Part shown: positions 1 to 8,597 of the stretch, one piece after another
How positions within the stretch are numbered: position 1 is the first letter of the stretch
How the letters are laid out: each line of letters starts with the position of its first letter
Assembly: GCA_045614835.1 (NCBI GenBank)
Contig: JAZLDP010000095.1
Coordinates: forward strand, 1 to 37,363
Length of the DNA stretch: 37,363 nucleotides
Origin: Clostridia bacterium
Lineage (GTDB): Bacteria > Bacillota > Clostridia > Christensenellales > UBA1242
Reading direction: 5' to 3'
Program-made: the position numbers and the translations under genes
Notes under the pieces: model-generated
Seen by the model: only the letters and a program-made list of their open reading frames with translations
Told to the model about the DNA's origin: nothing
Database searches by the model: none

Positions 1-39
1 ATATTATATTTTTGACTAAATTTTTTCATAAAATAAGAT

Positions 40-741
40 TTATTTTAAACATTCGCTAACAGTTGTAACTCTTAAATTATTCATTTTATAATATTCTAAA
101 ATCAATGGTAAAACCTTAAGTGTACATTCAGTAGGATGTGCAAGTATTAAGTCTCCACCAACTACATTAGTTGTTGCCCTTGAATATATTAAATTAGCAT
201 CTTTATCACGCCAATCTATAGTGTCCTTTGACCACATAATTGTAGTATATCCTAGGTTCATAGCGGATTCAACTGTTGCCTTATTAAAACTGCCACTGGG
301 AGGAGCAAATAAATTCATATTAACATTTGCAATTGACTTAACCAAATCGTGATTAACCTTAATTTCATCATAATTTTGGTCATAACTTAGTTTCTCTTGG
401 TCTTTATGAAAGTACCCGTGATTACCTATTTCGTGTCCATATGATATAATTTTTTGCAACATTTCAGGTTCTTTCTCAACCCACTGACCACCAACAAAAA
501 ATGTTGTATTGACTTGATACTTGTCTAGTATTTCTAATATCCCATCAAGATACTCAGTGCCCCAGTATACATTGAACATTAATGATATATTATTTTTATC
601 ACGATTGCCATTATATATTACATTTTCATTTTGATAACTAAATACATATTTGTAATTACTAGTTCCTATATAACTAATTAACATTACAAATAGCGAAATA
701 ATAACTATATTACTGATAATTCTATACTTTTTTGCTTTCAT
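40..741 (-). CDS. Sporulation polysaccharide deacetylase family protein (YlxY/SwsB-like)
   Basis: NodB-type motifs LMFNVYWG, GHEIGNHGYFH, LFAPPSGSF, WSKDTIDW and LAHPT; N-terminal TM helix. Start reassigned to ATG 741 (SD GTGGTGA). Lies downstream of pnp, as ylxY does. Confidence 0.85.
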   Translation of the reverse strand: MKAKKYRIISNIVIISLFVMLISYIGTSNYKYVFSYQNENVIYNGNRDKNNISLMFNVYWGTEYLDGILEILDKYQVNTTFFVGGQWVEKEPEMLQKIISYGHEIGNHGYFHKDQEKLSYDQNYDEIKVNHDLVKSIANVNMNLFAPPSGSFNKATVESAMNLGYTTIMWSKDTIDWRDKDANLIYSRATTNVVGGDLILAHPTECTLKVLPLILEYYKMNNLRVTTVSECLK

Positions 742-770
742 ATTCACCACATAAAAAATTAATACATAAT

Positions 771-799
771 AATATATGAATACTGATTTTAAAATATGA
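771..799 (-). promoter_or_regulatory. sigma-E-type promoter for the deacetylase gene
   Basis: Minus strand reads TCATATT-14 nt-CATATATT, matching the sigma-E consensus. Confidence 0.65.
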
Positions 800-803
800 A
801 AAC

Positions 804-829
804 AAAAAAAGACTGGATAATTCCAGTCT
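804..829 (-). terminator. Intrinsic terminator after degV
   Basis: Stem agactgga/tccagtct followed by a U-run on the minus strand. Confidence 0.8.
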
Positions 830-835
830 ATAATA

Positions 836-1684
836 TTATTTCTCAAAATAACAAATTGCAACAGCTCCAGGTCCAATATGAGTACCAATAGTAGAACCCA
901 TAGAACATAGTTCGCTTTCTTCAAATTTTCTCTCTATTGTAGAAGCGTTAACTTCTGCAAGGAAACTTTGGATATTAGACATATCAGTACCTGAGTAACC
1001 TACAAGCATAGGCATTTTATAATCTATATCAGATTTGTAACAAAGGTCTAGAACCATTTTGTTACCTTTTTTAAAGCCCATAGCTTTATTTATTGAACGA
1101 ACTTCACCTTCTGTAACACTAAGAATTGGTTTGATAGCAAGTAATGAACCAATAAATGCTGAAGCAGCAGAAAGTCTTCCACCCATCTTCAAATATTTAA
1201 GAGTATCAATAACAGCATATAATCTAATTTTATCTTTCTTTTCTTCTAGTTTTTCAGCAATTTTCTTAGCATTATAGCCTTTTTGAAGAAGTTCTAAGGC
1301 ATATAAACAAAGTGCTCTTTGTCCAATAAAAGCAGTTTTGCTATCAACAGCATAGATTTTACCTTCAAATTGTTCAGCGGTCATTCTTGCATTATTGTAA
1401 GTATTAGAAAGTCTTGAAGAAAGACAAATTACAACTGCCTCATCACCATCATTAACAATTTTTTCAAAAGTTTCTTGATATCTAAGAGGAGTAATTTGAC
1501 TTGTTTTTGGTAATTCTGAACAAGTCTCTAATTCTTTATAAAACTCTTCTGCAAATAGATTTTCTCCATCAAGATAATCTTTACCATTCATTCTAACTTC
1601 AATAGGAAGATGAATAATACCTAATTCTTCAGCCTCTTGTTTTGTAATATCTGAACCACTATCAACTATAATTTTTGTTGCCAT
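836..1684 (-). CDS. DegV family fatty-acid-binding protein (FakB-like)
   Basis: Motifs IIVDSGSD, PKTSQ, LSSRLSNTY, LKYLKMGGR, IKPIL and IGTHIGPG; SD AAGGAG before ATG 1684. Confidence 0.93.
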   Translation of the reverse strand: MATKIIVDSGSDITKQEAEELGIIHLPIEVRMNGKDYLDGENLFAEEFYKELETCSELPKTSQITPLRYQETFEKIVNDGDEAVVICLSSRLSNTYNNARMTAEQFEGKIYAVDSKTAFIGQRALCLYALELLQKGYNAKKIAEKLEEKKDKIRLYAVIDTLKYLKMGGRLSAASAFIGSLLAIKPILSVTEGEVRSINKAMGFKKGNKMVLDLCYKSDIDYKMPMLVGYSGTDMSNIQSFLAEVNASTIERKFEESELCSMGSTIGTHIGPGAVAICYFEK

Positions 1685-1704
1685 ATTTTGTTTTCTCCTT
1701 GATT

Positions 1705-2142
1705 TTAACAATATTTATTTAAATTGTTTGATATAATATCCAAACATTTGTACATTATTTCTCGTTCTTTTTCAGTCAATCCTTTACTACCAATTTCAAC
1801 GGCATTTTCAGTAATTTTATTGACTCTTTCTGCGACCTCTTTGCCTTTGTCGGTTAGAAATAATTTAGCTCTATATTTTTTCTTATTATCATCATTTTCG
1901 TACATAATAAAGCCATTATTTATAAGTAAATCAATCGACCTAGAGATTGCACCTTTATCTTCTTCACAAAGACTACATAATTCCGAAGCAGTTAAACCAT
2001 CGTTAAACTTATATATATAATATAGACAAGAAACATGGAAACTTTTCAAACCAAACTGTTGCATTTCTTCAGCTTTGATATGATTAATTGCTCTATTAAT
2101 ATTGGAAATTAATGTAGTAAATTTGCTGTATCTACTAATCAT
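1705..2142 (-). CDS. MarR family transcriptional regulator
   Basis: wHTH signature GLTASELCSLCEEDKGAISRSIDLLINNGFI...LFLTDKGKE; SD GGAG before ATG 2142. Confidence 0.88.
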   Translation of the reverse strand: MISRYSKFTTLISNINRAINHIKAEEMQQFGLKSFHVSCLYYIYKFNDGLTASELCSLCEEDKGAISRSIDLLINNGFIMYENDDNKKKYRAKLFLTDKGKEVAERVNKITENAVEIGSKGLTEKEREIMYKCLDIISNNLNKYC

Positions 2143-2154
2143 TTTACTCTCCAC

Positions 2155-2172
2155 TTGTTGATTTATCAACAA
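2155..2172. promoter_or_regulatory. Palindromic operator, probable MarR autoregulatory site
   Basis: TTGTTGAT-tt-ATCAACAA, a perfect inverted repeat between the promoter and the RBS. Confidence 0.65.
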
Positions 2173-2185
2173 ATCAACCTTAAGT

Positions 2186-2214
2186 ATAATATCAAATCTC
2201 TTATCTAATGTCAA
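2186..2214 (-). promoter_or_regulatory. sigma-A promoter of marR-degV
   Basis: TTGACA-17-TATTAT with an extended -10 TG. Confidence 0.7.
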
Positions 2215-2272
2215 CGAAAAATATGTAATTACAAATAAATTATTTTTATATAAAAAATAGACATATTTTTAC

Positions 2273-2312
2273 AAAAAAAAAGATAGTACAATTATTTAAT
2301 TATACTATCTTT
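2273..2312 (-). terminator. Intrinsic terminator after pnp
   Basis: Stem aaagatagta.../...tactatcttt with a long U-run on the minus strand. Confidence 0.75.
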
Positions 2313-2325
2313 GAGAATTTAAATT

Positions 2326-4422
2326 TTAGTTGTTAGTTTTGTATGTTCCAACAAGTTTAAGGTCTACTTTGCCATCATTAATCTTAATAACTTCAACTTC
2401 AACCATATCACCGATATTGACAACATCTTCAACTTTCTCTACTCTCTTAGAAGAAAGTTTAGAAATATGAATCATACCTTCTTTGTTAAAGCCAATCTCT
2501 ACAAAAGCACCGAAGTTAAGAATTCTAACTACTTTACCAGTATAAATCTTACCGATTTCTACATCTTCAGCAATAGAAAGAATAATTTCTTTAGCTCTCT
2601 TAGATTTCTCACCATCAACACCACAAATCATAACTAGACCATTGTCTTCAATGTCAATCTTAACGCCAGTTTCATCAATGATTTTGTTAATCATTTTTCC
2701 ACCAGAACCGATAACATCTTTAATCTTGTCAGGATTGATTGTGAAAGAAATAATCTTAGGTGCGTAAGGAGAAAGCTCTGCTCTAGGAGCTGATAGAACC
2801 TCATTCATCTTATCTAAGATAAATAATCTACCAAGTCTAGCTCTCTCAAGAGCTTCTCTTAGGATAGCCTCATCAATACCTTTGATTTTGATATCCATTT
2901 GGATAGCTGTAATACCTTTAGTAGTACCAGCAACTTTGAAGTCCATATCGCCAAGGAAGTCCTCAAGACCTTGAATATCAGTAAGAATTGCAACCTTACC
3001 GCTCTCAACATCTTTAATAAGACCCATAGCACAACCAGCAACTGGAGCTTTGATAGGAACACCAGCATCCATAAGAGCAAGTGTGCTACCACAAACTGAA
3101 GCTTGAGAAGTAGAACCATTACTACTTAATACTTCACTAACTGTTCTAATAGCATATGGGAATTCCTCTTCACTAGGAAGAACTGGAATTAATGACCTTT
3201 CAGCAAGTGCGCCGTGTCCAATTTCTCTTCTACCAGCACTCTTAAGAGGTCTAGCTTCGCCAGTTGAATATGCTGGGAAGTTATAGTGGTGCATATATCT
3301 CTTCTCATCTTCAGTATCAAGACCTTCTAAGATTTGAGTATCTCTTAGGCTACCTAATGTACAAGTAGTCATAACTTGAGTCTCACCTCTTGTGAATACA
3401 CCACTACCGTGTACTCTAGGAAGAACACCAGCCTCACACCAAATAGGTCTGATTTCATCTAGTTTTCTACCATCTGGTCTAACACCAAGATTAATAATCT
3501 TAGAACGCATAATTTCTTTCTTAACTTTATAAAGAACATCTAAGATTTCTCTAGCTTTCTCAGGATAAGTCTCAGCAAAGTGTGCTAGAATTTCTTCGTT
3601 AGCAGCTTCCTCTGCTCTCTCTCTTTCGTGTCTGTCGAAGTGTTCCATTACCTTTTCCATAATAGGATAACCGAACTCTCTAACATCTTTCTCAAGAGTT
3701 TCATCAATTACATAGTAAGGTAGGTTTTCAGCTTTTTTAACACCTAACTCTTTAGCAATCATTTCTTGGAAAGCAACTTGTTTCTTAATCTCTTCGTGTC
3801 CGAATAAGATACCTTGAAGCATCTCTTCTTCAGTTACTTCATTAGCACCAGCTTCTACCATAAGGATAGCATCTTTAGTACCAGCAACTTTAAGGTCCAT
3901 TTGAGATTTAGCTTGTTGTTCCATTGTTGGGTTAACATAGTATTTGCCATCAATATAAGCAACTTGACAACTACCTGTTGGACCAGCAAATGGAATATCA
4001 CTGATTGTTAGTGCAATAGAACTAGCGAACATAGCAAGAGGCTCTGGAGCAACATCATACTCTACACTAAGTGGAGTAGCAACTACAGTAACATCATTGA
4101 AGAAACCCTTAGGGAATAATGGTCTAAGTGGTCTATCAATTAGTCTAGAGTTAAGAATTGCTTGGTCAGAAGGTCTACCCTCTCTCTTTTTAAATCCGCC
4201 AGGAATTTTACCAACTGCATATAGTTTCTCTTCATAGTCAACACTTAATGGGAAGAAATCTTGACCAGGTCTTGGTTCTTTGTTCATACAAGTATTAACC
4301 ATTACAACTGTATCAGCGCATCTTACAATACAATGACCATTAGTTTGGAAAGCATATTTACCGATTTCTACAGTAACTTCCTTTCCGCCAATTTCTGTTT
4401 TAAACTCTCTAAAATCTTTCAT
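2326..4422 (-). CDS. pnp: Polyribonucleotide nucleotidyltransferase (PNPase)
   Basis: Motifs FFPLSVDYEEK, GGFKKREGRP, RREIGHGALA and EDFLGDMDFKVAG; KH and S1 domains; follows rpsO. Confidence 0.98.
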   Translation of the reverse strand: MKDFREFKTEIGGKEVTVEIGKYAFQTNGHCIVRCADTVVMVNTCMNKEPRPGQDFFPLSVDYEEKLYAVGKIPGGFKKREGRPSDQAILNSRLIDRPLRPLFPKGFFNDVTVVATPLSVEYDVAPEPLAMFASSIALTISDIPFAGPTGSCQVAYIDGKYYVNPTMEQQAKSQMDLKVAGTKDAILMVEAGANEVTEEEMLQGILFGHEEIKKQVAFQEMIAKELGVKKAENLPYYVIDETLEKDVREFGYPIMEKVMEHFDRHERERAEEAANEEILAHFAETYPEKAREILDVLYKVKKEIMRSKIINLGVRPDGRKLDEIRPIWCEAGVLPRVHGSGVFTRGETQVMTTCTLGSLRDTQILEGLDTEDEKRYMHHYNFPAYSTGEARPLKSAGRREIGHGALAERSLIPVLPSEEEFPYAIRTVSEVLSSNGSTSQASVCGSTLALMDAGVPIKAPVAGCAMGLIKDVESGKVAILTDIQGLEDFLGDMDFKVAGTTKGITAIQMDIKIKGIDEAILREALERARLGRLFILDKMNEVLSAPRAELSPYAPKIISFTINPDKIKDVIGSGGKMINKIIDETGVKIDIEDNGLVMICGVDGEKSKRAKEIILSIAEDVEIGKIYTGKVVRILNFGAFVEIGFNKEGMIHISKLSSKRVEKVEDVVNIGDMVEVEVIKINDGKVDLKLVGTYKTNN

Positions 4423-4439
4423 CTTATCTCCTTAATTTC

Positions 4440-4470
4440 AAAAAAGCGAAAGTATATGCATCTTTCGCTT
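4440..4470 (-). terminator. Terminator-like hairpin between rpsO and pnp
   Basis: Stem aagcgaaag/ctttcgctt plus a U-run on the minus strand. Confidence 0.7.
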
Positions 4471-4484
4471 AGTGATTAGTTAAA

Positions 4485-4748
4485 TTATCTAATATTTAAC
4501 TTGGACTTCAATGCTCTATAACCTTCTAGGTTAGTTCTTTCCATATACTTAAGTAGGCTCTTTCTATGGTTAACTAATTTAAGAAGACCTCTACGAGAAT
4601 GGTTGTCATTAGGATTCTTTTTTAAGTGCTCAGTTAGTTCACTAATTCTAGCTGATAGAATAGCGATTTGAACTTCACAAGAACCAGTATCACCTTCTTT
4701 AGTAGCATAAGCCTTAATAACTTCTTGTTTTTTCTCTTTAGAAATCAT
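4485..4748 (-). CDS. rpsO: 30S ribosomal protein S15
   Basis: Motifs [13 protein letters not shown] and [12 protein letters not shown]. Confidence 0.98.
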   Translation of the reverse strand: MISKEKKQEVIKAYATKEGDTGSCEVQIAILSARISELTEHLKKNPNDNHSRRGLLKLVNHRKSLLKYMERTNLEGYRALKSKLNIR

Positions 4749-4777
4749 TACTATATTCTCCTTTTATATATTTTATT

Positions 4778-4831
4778 AGCCAAAAACCAAGTTGAATCTA
4801 TGGAGAAACAGAAAAAACCTAGTTTTAGGTA
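4778..4831 (-). promoter_or_regulatory. Structured rpsO leader (probable S15 autoregulatory element)
   Basis: Minus-strand stem CCUAAAACUAGGUU / AACUUGGUUUUUGG with G-U pairs, between the promoter and the RBS. Confidence 0.55.
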
Positions 4832-4839
4832 CCGATAAG

Positions 4840-4868
4840 AGTATAACAAATAAATTATATATTGTAAA
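4840..4868 (-). promoter_or_regulatory. sigma-A promoter of rpsO
   Basis: TTTACA-17-TATACT with an extended -10 TG. Confidence 0.65.
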
Positions 4869-5001
4869 CACTTTTATAAAAATTTTCTAAAAATAATGCG
4901 AGTTTTAGGTAATTATTACAAAAGTCAAGATTGTAACAATCATACTTTGATATTGTCAACATTTATTTTGAATAATAAGATATCAATAAATTTAATCAAT
5001 C

Positions 5002-6408
5002 TTAACTAAAAAGTTTATTTTTCTTCTCTATCATTTCATCAATTCGAGAGATATACTCTTGAATATTTTTTAGATTTGCGAACCTTTCAATTCTATTAGT
5101 TAAAGTATAATATCTCTTTGAAATAGCATTAGCACCACAAGCAACTACTGAAGCAAACTCTTCCATACTATCAATATTAAATATAGACACTTTATCCTTG
5201 AAATAACCAATGTTTTCAAGATTACCTATCATATTTTTTTGCTTGTACATATAGTATGGTTTATAACCCGCTTTAATTAGAGCAGGATAAGAATACTCAA
5301 TCATTTTGCTAACATTATCTTCAGTTGATGTATCTCCTCCGTCAGTCTTAAGTTCACTACCTCTTTTAATGCTAAGAGTATGAACTGTAATGTTATCTGG
5401 AGCACATTCTATGGCTTTATTTAAACTCTTTTTGAAAGTAAGAAGAGTTTCATTACCAAGACCAGCAATCAAATCCATATTAATACTAAAATTATAATTG
5501 AGAGCCAATTTATATGCATCAATTATATCTTTTGAAGTATGGTTTCTGCCAATCTCTTTTAAAGTTTTGTTGCAGAATGTTTGTGGATTAATGCTAATTC
5601 TAGTTACATTATGTTTTGCTAAAACATCAAGTTTTTCTTTAGTTATAGTATCAGGTCTACCACACTCTACAGTAAATTCTTCAACACGATAATCAATTAC
5701 AGTTAGTAGTCTATCAAGTTGGTTTTCATCAAGGATAGTCGGTGTACCACCACCAATGTAGATAGATTTAATAATATAATTTTTCTTAGAAATCATATCT
5801 TTAGTCGCTTCAATTTCTTTAATTAAAGCCTCAAGATATGGCTCAACAAGATGTCTGCATTGAGTAATTGGTGAAGAAATAAAAGAACAATAATAACACT
5901 TAGTTGGACAAAATGGGATATTAATATACAAATCAACTAGATTGTCGTTTTTGATTATGTATTTTTGGTTCTTTATTATTTCTCTTACAAGTAGAGCTTT
6001 AGGCATAGTAACTTTGAAAGTATCAGTTAATTCATCCAAAGCTTTTGATGGAGAACCACACTCTTTGATAAGTTCATAATAGAGTTTAGTAGGTCTAATA
6101 CCAGTAAGACTTCCCCAAGGCAAAATTTTGTCTGGGAAAATATTCTGCAAAGTATCAAAAAGTGCTAGTTTTGCGTATCTTTTTGTATATCTATCAGGGA
6201 ACTTGACATCTCTAATTTTATCATCTCTAGTAATAATATTATCATTTAGAGAATTAGTACATATTGTATGAATATCAAGTCCCTCGACAGTTTGCTCAAT
6301 ATTGAATTCAATATCTTTTTCTTCAAAGTCCTGTGGAGTATAGAATAGATTAGCCACAAGCCTTAATTCTTCTAATAATTTTTCGTTATTTGCAATAATT
6401 GTAATCAT
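5002..6408 (-). CDS. hemZ: Radical SAM protein HemZ (HemN-like coproporphyrinogen dehydrogenase family)
   Basis: Motifs PWGSLTGIRPTK, YINIPFCPTKCYYCSF (CxxxCxxC) and RISINPQT; downstream of rel. Confidence 0.92.
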   Translation of the reverse strand: MITIIANNEKLLEELRLVANLFYTPQDFEEKDIEFNIEQTVEGLDIHTICTNSLNDNIITRDDKIRDVKFPDRYTKRYAKLALFDTLQNIFPDKILPWGSLTGIRPTKLYYELIKECGSPSKALDELTDTFKVTMPKALLVREIIKNQKYIIKNDNLVDLYINIPFCPTKCYYCSFISSPITQCRHLVEPYLEALIKEIEATKDMISKKNYIIKSIYIGGGTPTILDENQLDRLLTVIDYRVEEFTVECGRPDTITKEKLDVLAKHNVTRISINPQTFCNKTLKEIGRNHTSKDIIDAYKLALNYNFSINMDLIAGLGNETLLTFKKSLNKAIECAPDNITVHTLSIKRGSELKTDGGDTSTEDNVSKMIEYSYPALIKAGYKPYYMYKQKNMIGNLENIGYFKDKVSIFNIDSMEEFASVVACGANAISKRYYTLTNRIERFANLKNIQEYISRIDEMIEKKNKLFS

Positions 6409-8588
6409 TAATTTGTCCTATATACATCTATAGCAATATTCATTTGTTTGAACTTAACGATAAGTGCATCAAGTTCAGATTTATCTTTAATATTAAGATG
6501 AATAACAATGATAACTTTGTCTTTGTCGGTCTTCTTAACTTTAAGACCAACCATAGAAACCTTCTCATCATTAAGTTTCTTAGTAATATTAGCAATTAGA
6601 GAGTTTGTATCAATTGCAAGCATTGTAATTGAACCAACAAAGCTCTTATTTGAACTATTATGCCAATCACATTCAATAAGTCTTTCAAACTCATAATTCT
6701 TAAGAGTTTCACAATCTCTTCTATGAATGGTTACACCATTACCACGAGAAATGTATCCAATAATATTGTCTCCAGGAAGAGGATTACAACACTTAGCAAG
6801 TTTTGTAAGTAAGTTAGAGAACCCTTTGACAACAATATCACCATCATTTTTGATGTTATCTAATTTAAATTCTTTTTGCTCAGGTACTTCGTGATTGTCT
6901 GCATTATATAGAGTACTTAGTTTATTAAGCACTTGATTAGCAGTAATTGCACCATAACCAATTGATGCGTACATATCATCAAGACAAGAGAATGAGTATT
7001 TCTCATATACTTCTTCAAGATACTCATTAGTCATAAGTCTAGCAAGGTTCAAATTCTTAATTTTAGCGTTATTTTCTAAGATTGATTTACCCTTCTTAAT
7101 ATTTTCTTCCTTCATAGATTTCTTGAAGAAAGAATTAATCTTGGATTTAGCACCACTAGTCTTAACAATTTTCAACCAGTCTCTTGATGGTCCTTTAGCA
7201 TTAGGATTAGTAATAATTTCAACAATATCTCCATTATTAAGAGGAGTTGTTAGAGGTACCATTCTATCGTTAATTTTCGCACCAATACAGGTATTACCTA
7301 TGTTACTATGAATAGCATAAGCAAAGTCAATAGGAGTAGCACCCTCTGGAAACTCCAAGATTTTTCCTTGAGGAGATTGAACAAAAATCTTGCCACTGTA
7401 TACGTCAGTGTTCATAATTTCAAGAAGCTCATCATTTGACTTCTCTTTATGCAAGTCCATAATAGAACGAATATAGTTGATTTTTACTCCACTTTCGTCA
7501 ACTTTTCTTTTCTCTTTGTATGCCCAGTGTGCAGCAAAACCATACTCAGCATATGTATGCATATCGAAAGTTCTTATTTGAACTTCAACAGGGTCTCCAT
7601 TTTCAAGCACAATAGCTGTGTGAGGAGATTGGTAACCATTTTCTTTTGGGTTTGCAATATAGTCTTTGTAGTTACCAAGAGGCTTAAATATAGTAAACAC
7701 TCTACCAAGAACTGTATAACATTCATCAACTGTATCAACAAGAATTCTAACTGCTAGAATATCCATTATTTGATTAAGTCTGCTTTCATTAAAACTTACA
7801 TTTTCTGAGAAAGTATTTAAGAAATTATTTCTACCATAGATATCTTTAATTGTACTAACACCCATATTCTTGCTTTGAAGTTTTTTAGCAATACTGAAAA
7901 GTTGTTTTTGTCTACCATACACAACTGCATTAGGACAAATTGACTTCATTTGTTCTTGCAATTTGTCAATAACAACTTGCATATTTGAGTTTCTCTCTTC
8001 CATATACAAGTTAAGTGCTTCAGTCAATTCTTGGTACATAGCAGGTTTATAGTATTTGAATGTCGCATTACCAAAATCATTTTTGATAGTGCTAAGTCCT
8101 ATCATCTGACAAATTGGAAAATATATGTCAGTAATCTCTTTCATATACTTCTCAATTTCTTCCTCTTTGAAGCAGTCTAAGAAAGATAGTTTTGATTGCT
8201 CTATGCAAAGTTTGATAATCATAACTCTTACGTCTTTTGCAAGTGCAATAAACATATTTTTAATGTTTTCTAATTGTTCTTGGTGTGTAGAAAGATTAAG
8301 ACTTTCAATTTTTGCAAGTCTAGCAAAGGTATGTCTAATATTATCGTTAAATATAGCCATATCTAGGATATCTGGATAATGTTTGTATATTGGATAAACA
8401 AGACCAACAACAATAGAATTTGCATCTAATCTATTCTCAAAAATTGTTCTAGCAATATGTTCGGCAAAACTTTCAGAGAATAGTTTATCTCCCTCATATT
8501 TATTGCGAATTTCATAATAAGTATTGACAACAAATTCATAATCTTCTGGGTTCAATTCTTTCTTTAATAAATCTAAAAATTCTTGCAT
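6408..8588 (-). CDS. relA: Long RelA/SpoT homologue (Rel) with degenerate hydrolase domain
   Basis: SYNTH motifs DILAVRIL, KDYIANPKENGYQSxH and EVQIRT...AAHWAYK; TGS (GATPIDFAYAIH); ZFD (AKCCNPLPGD); C-terminal ACT-like region. Confidence 0.93.
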   Translation of the reverse strand: MQEFLDLLKKELNPEDYEFVVNTYYEIRNKYEGDKLFSESFAEHIARTIFENRLDANSIVVGLVYPIYKHYPDILDMAIFNDNIRHTFARLAKIESLNLSTHQEQLENIKNMFIALAKDVRVMIIKLCIEQSKLSFLDCFKEEEIEKYMKEITDIYFPICQMIGLSTIKNDFGNATFKYYKPAMYQELTEALNLYMEERNSNMQVVIDKLQEQMKSICPNAVVYGRQKQLFSIAKKLQSKNMGVSTIKDIYGRNNFLNTFSENVSFNESRLNQIMDILAVRILVDTVDECYTVLGRVFTIFKPLGNYKDYIANPKENGYQSPHTAIVLENGDPVEVQIRTFDMHTYAEYGFAAHWAYKEKRKVDESGVKINYIRSIMDLHKEKSNDELLEIMNTDVYSGKIFVQSPQGKILEFPEGATPIDFAYAIHSNIGNTCIGAKINDRMVPLTTPLNNGDIVEIITNPNAKGPSRDWLKIVKTSGAKSKINSFFKKSMKEENIKKGKSILENNAKIKNLNLARLMTNEYLEEVYEKYSFSCLDDMYASIGYGAITANQVLNKLSTLYNADNHEVPEQKEFKLDNIKNDGDIVVKGFSNLLTKLAKCCNPLPGDNIIGYISRGNGVTIHRRDCETLKNYEFERLIECDWHNSSNKSFVGSITMLAIDTNSLIANITKKLNDEKVSMVGLKVKKTDKDKVIIVIHLNIKDKSELDALIVKFKQMNIAIDVYRTN

Positions 8589-8597
8589 ATTACACTC

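Noticed and set aside
742-924. 61-aa N-terminal extension of the deacetylase ORF
   Set aside because: It overlaps degV, a terminator and a sigma-E promoter; ATG 741 has an SD and gives a sensible TM-anchored protein.
4915-4990. Imperfect inverted repeats after hemZ
   Set aside because: Possibly a weak terminator, but too irregular to call.
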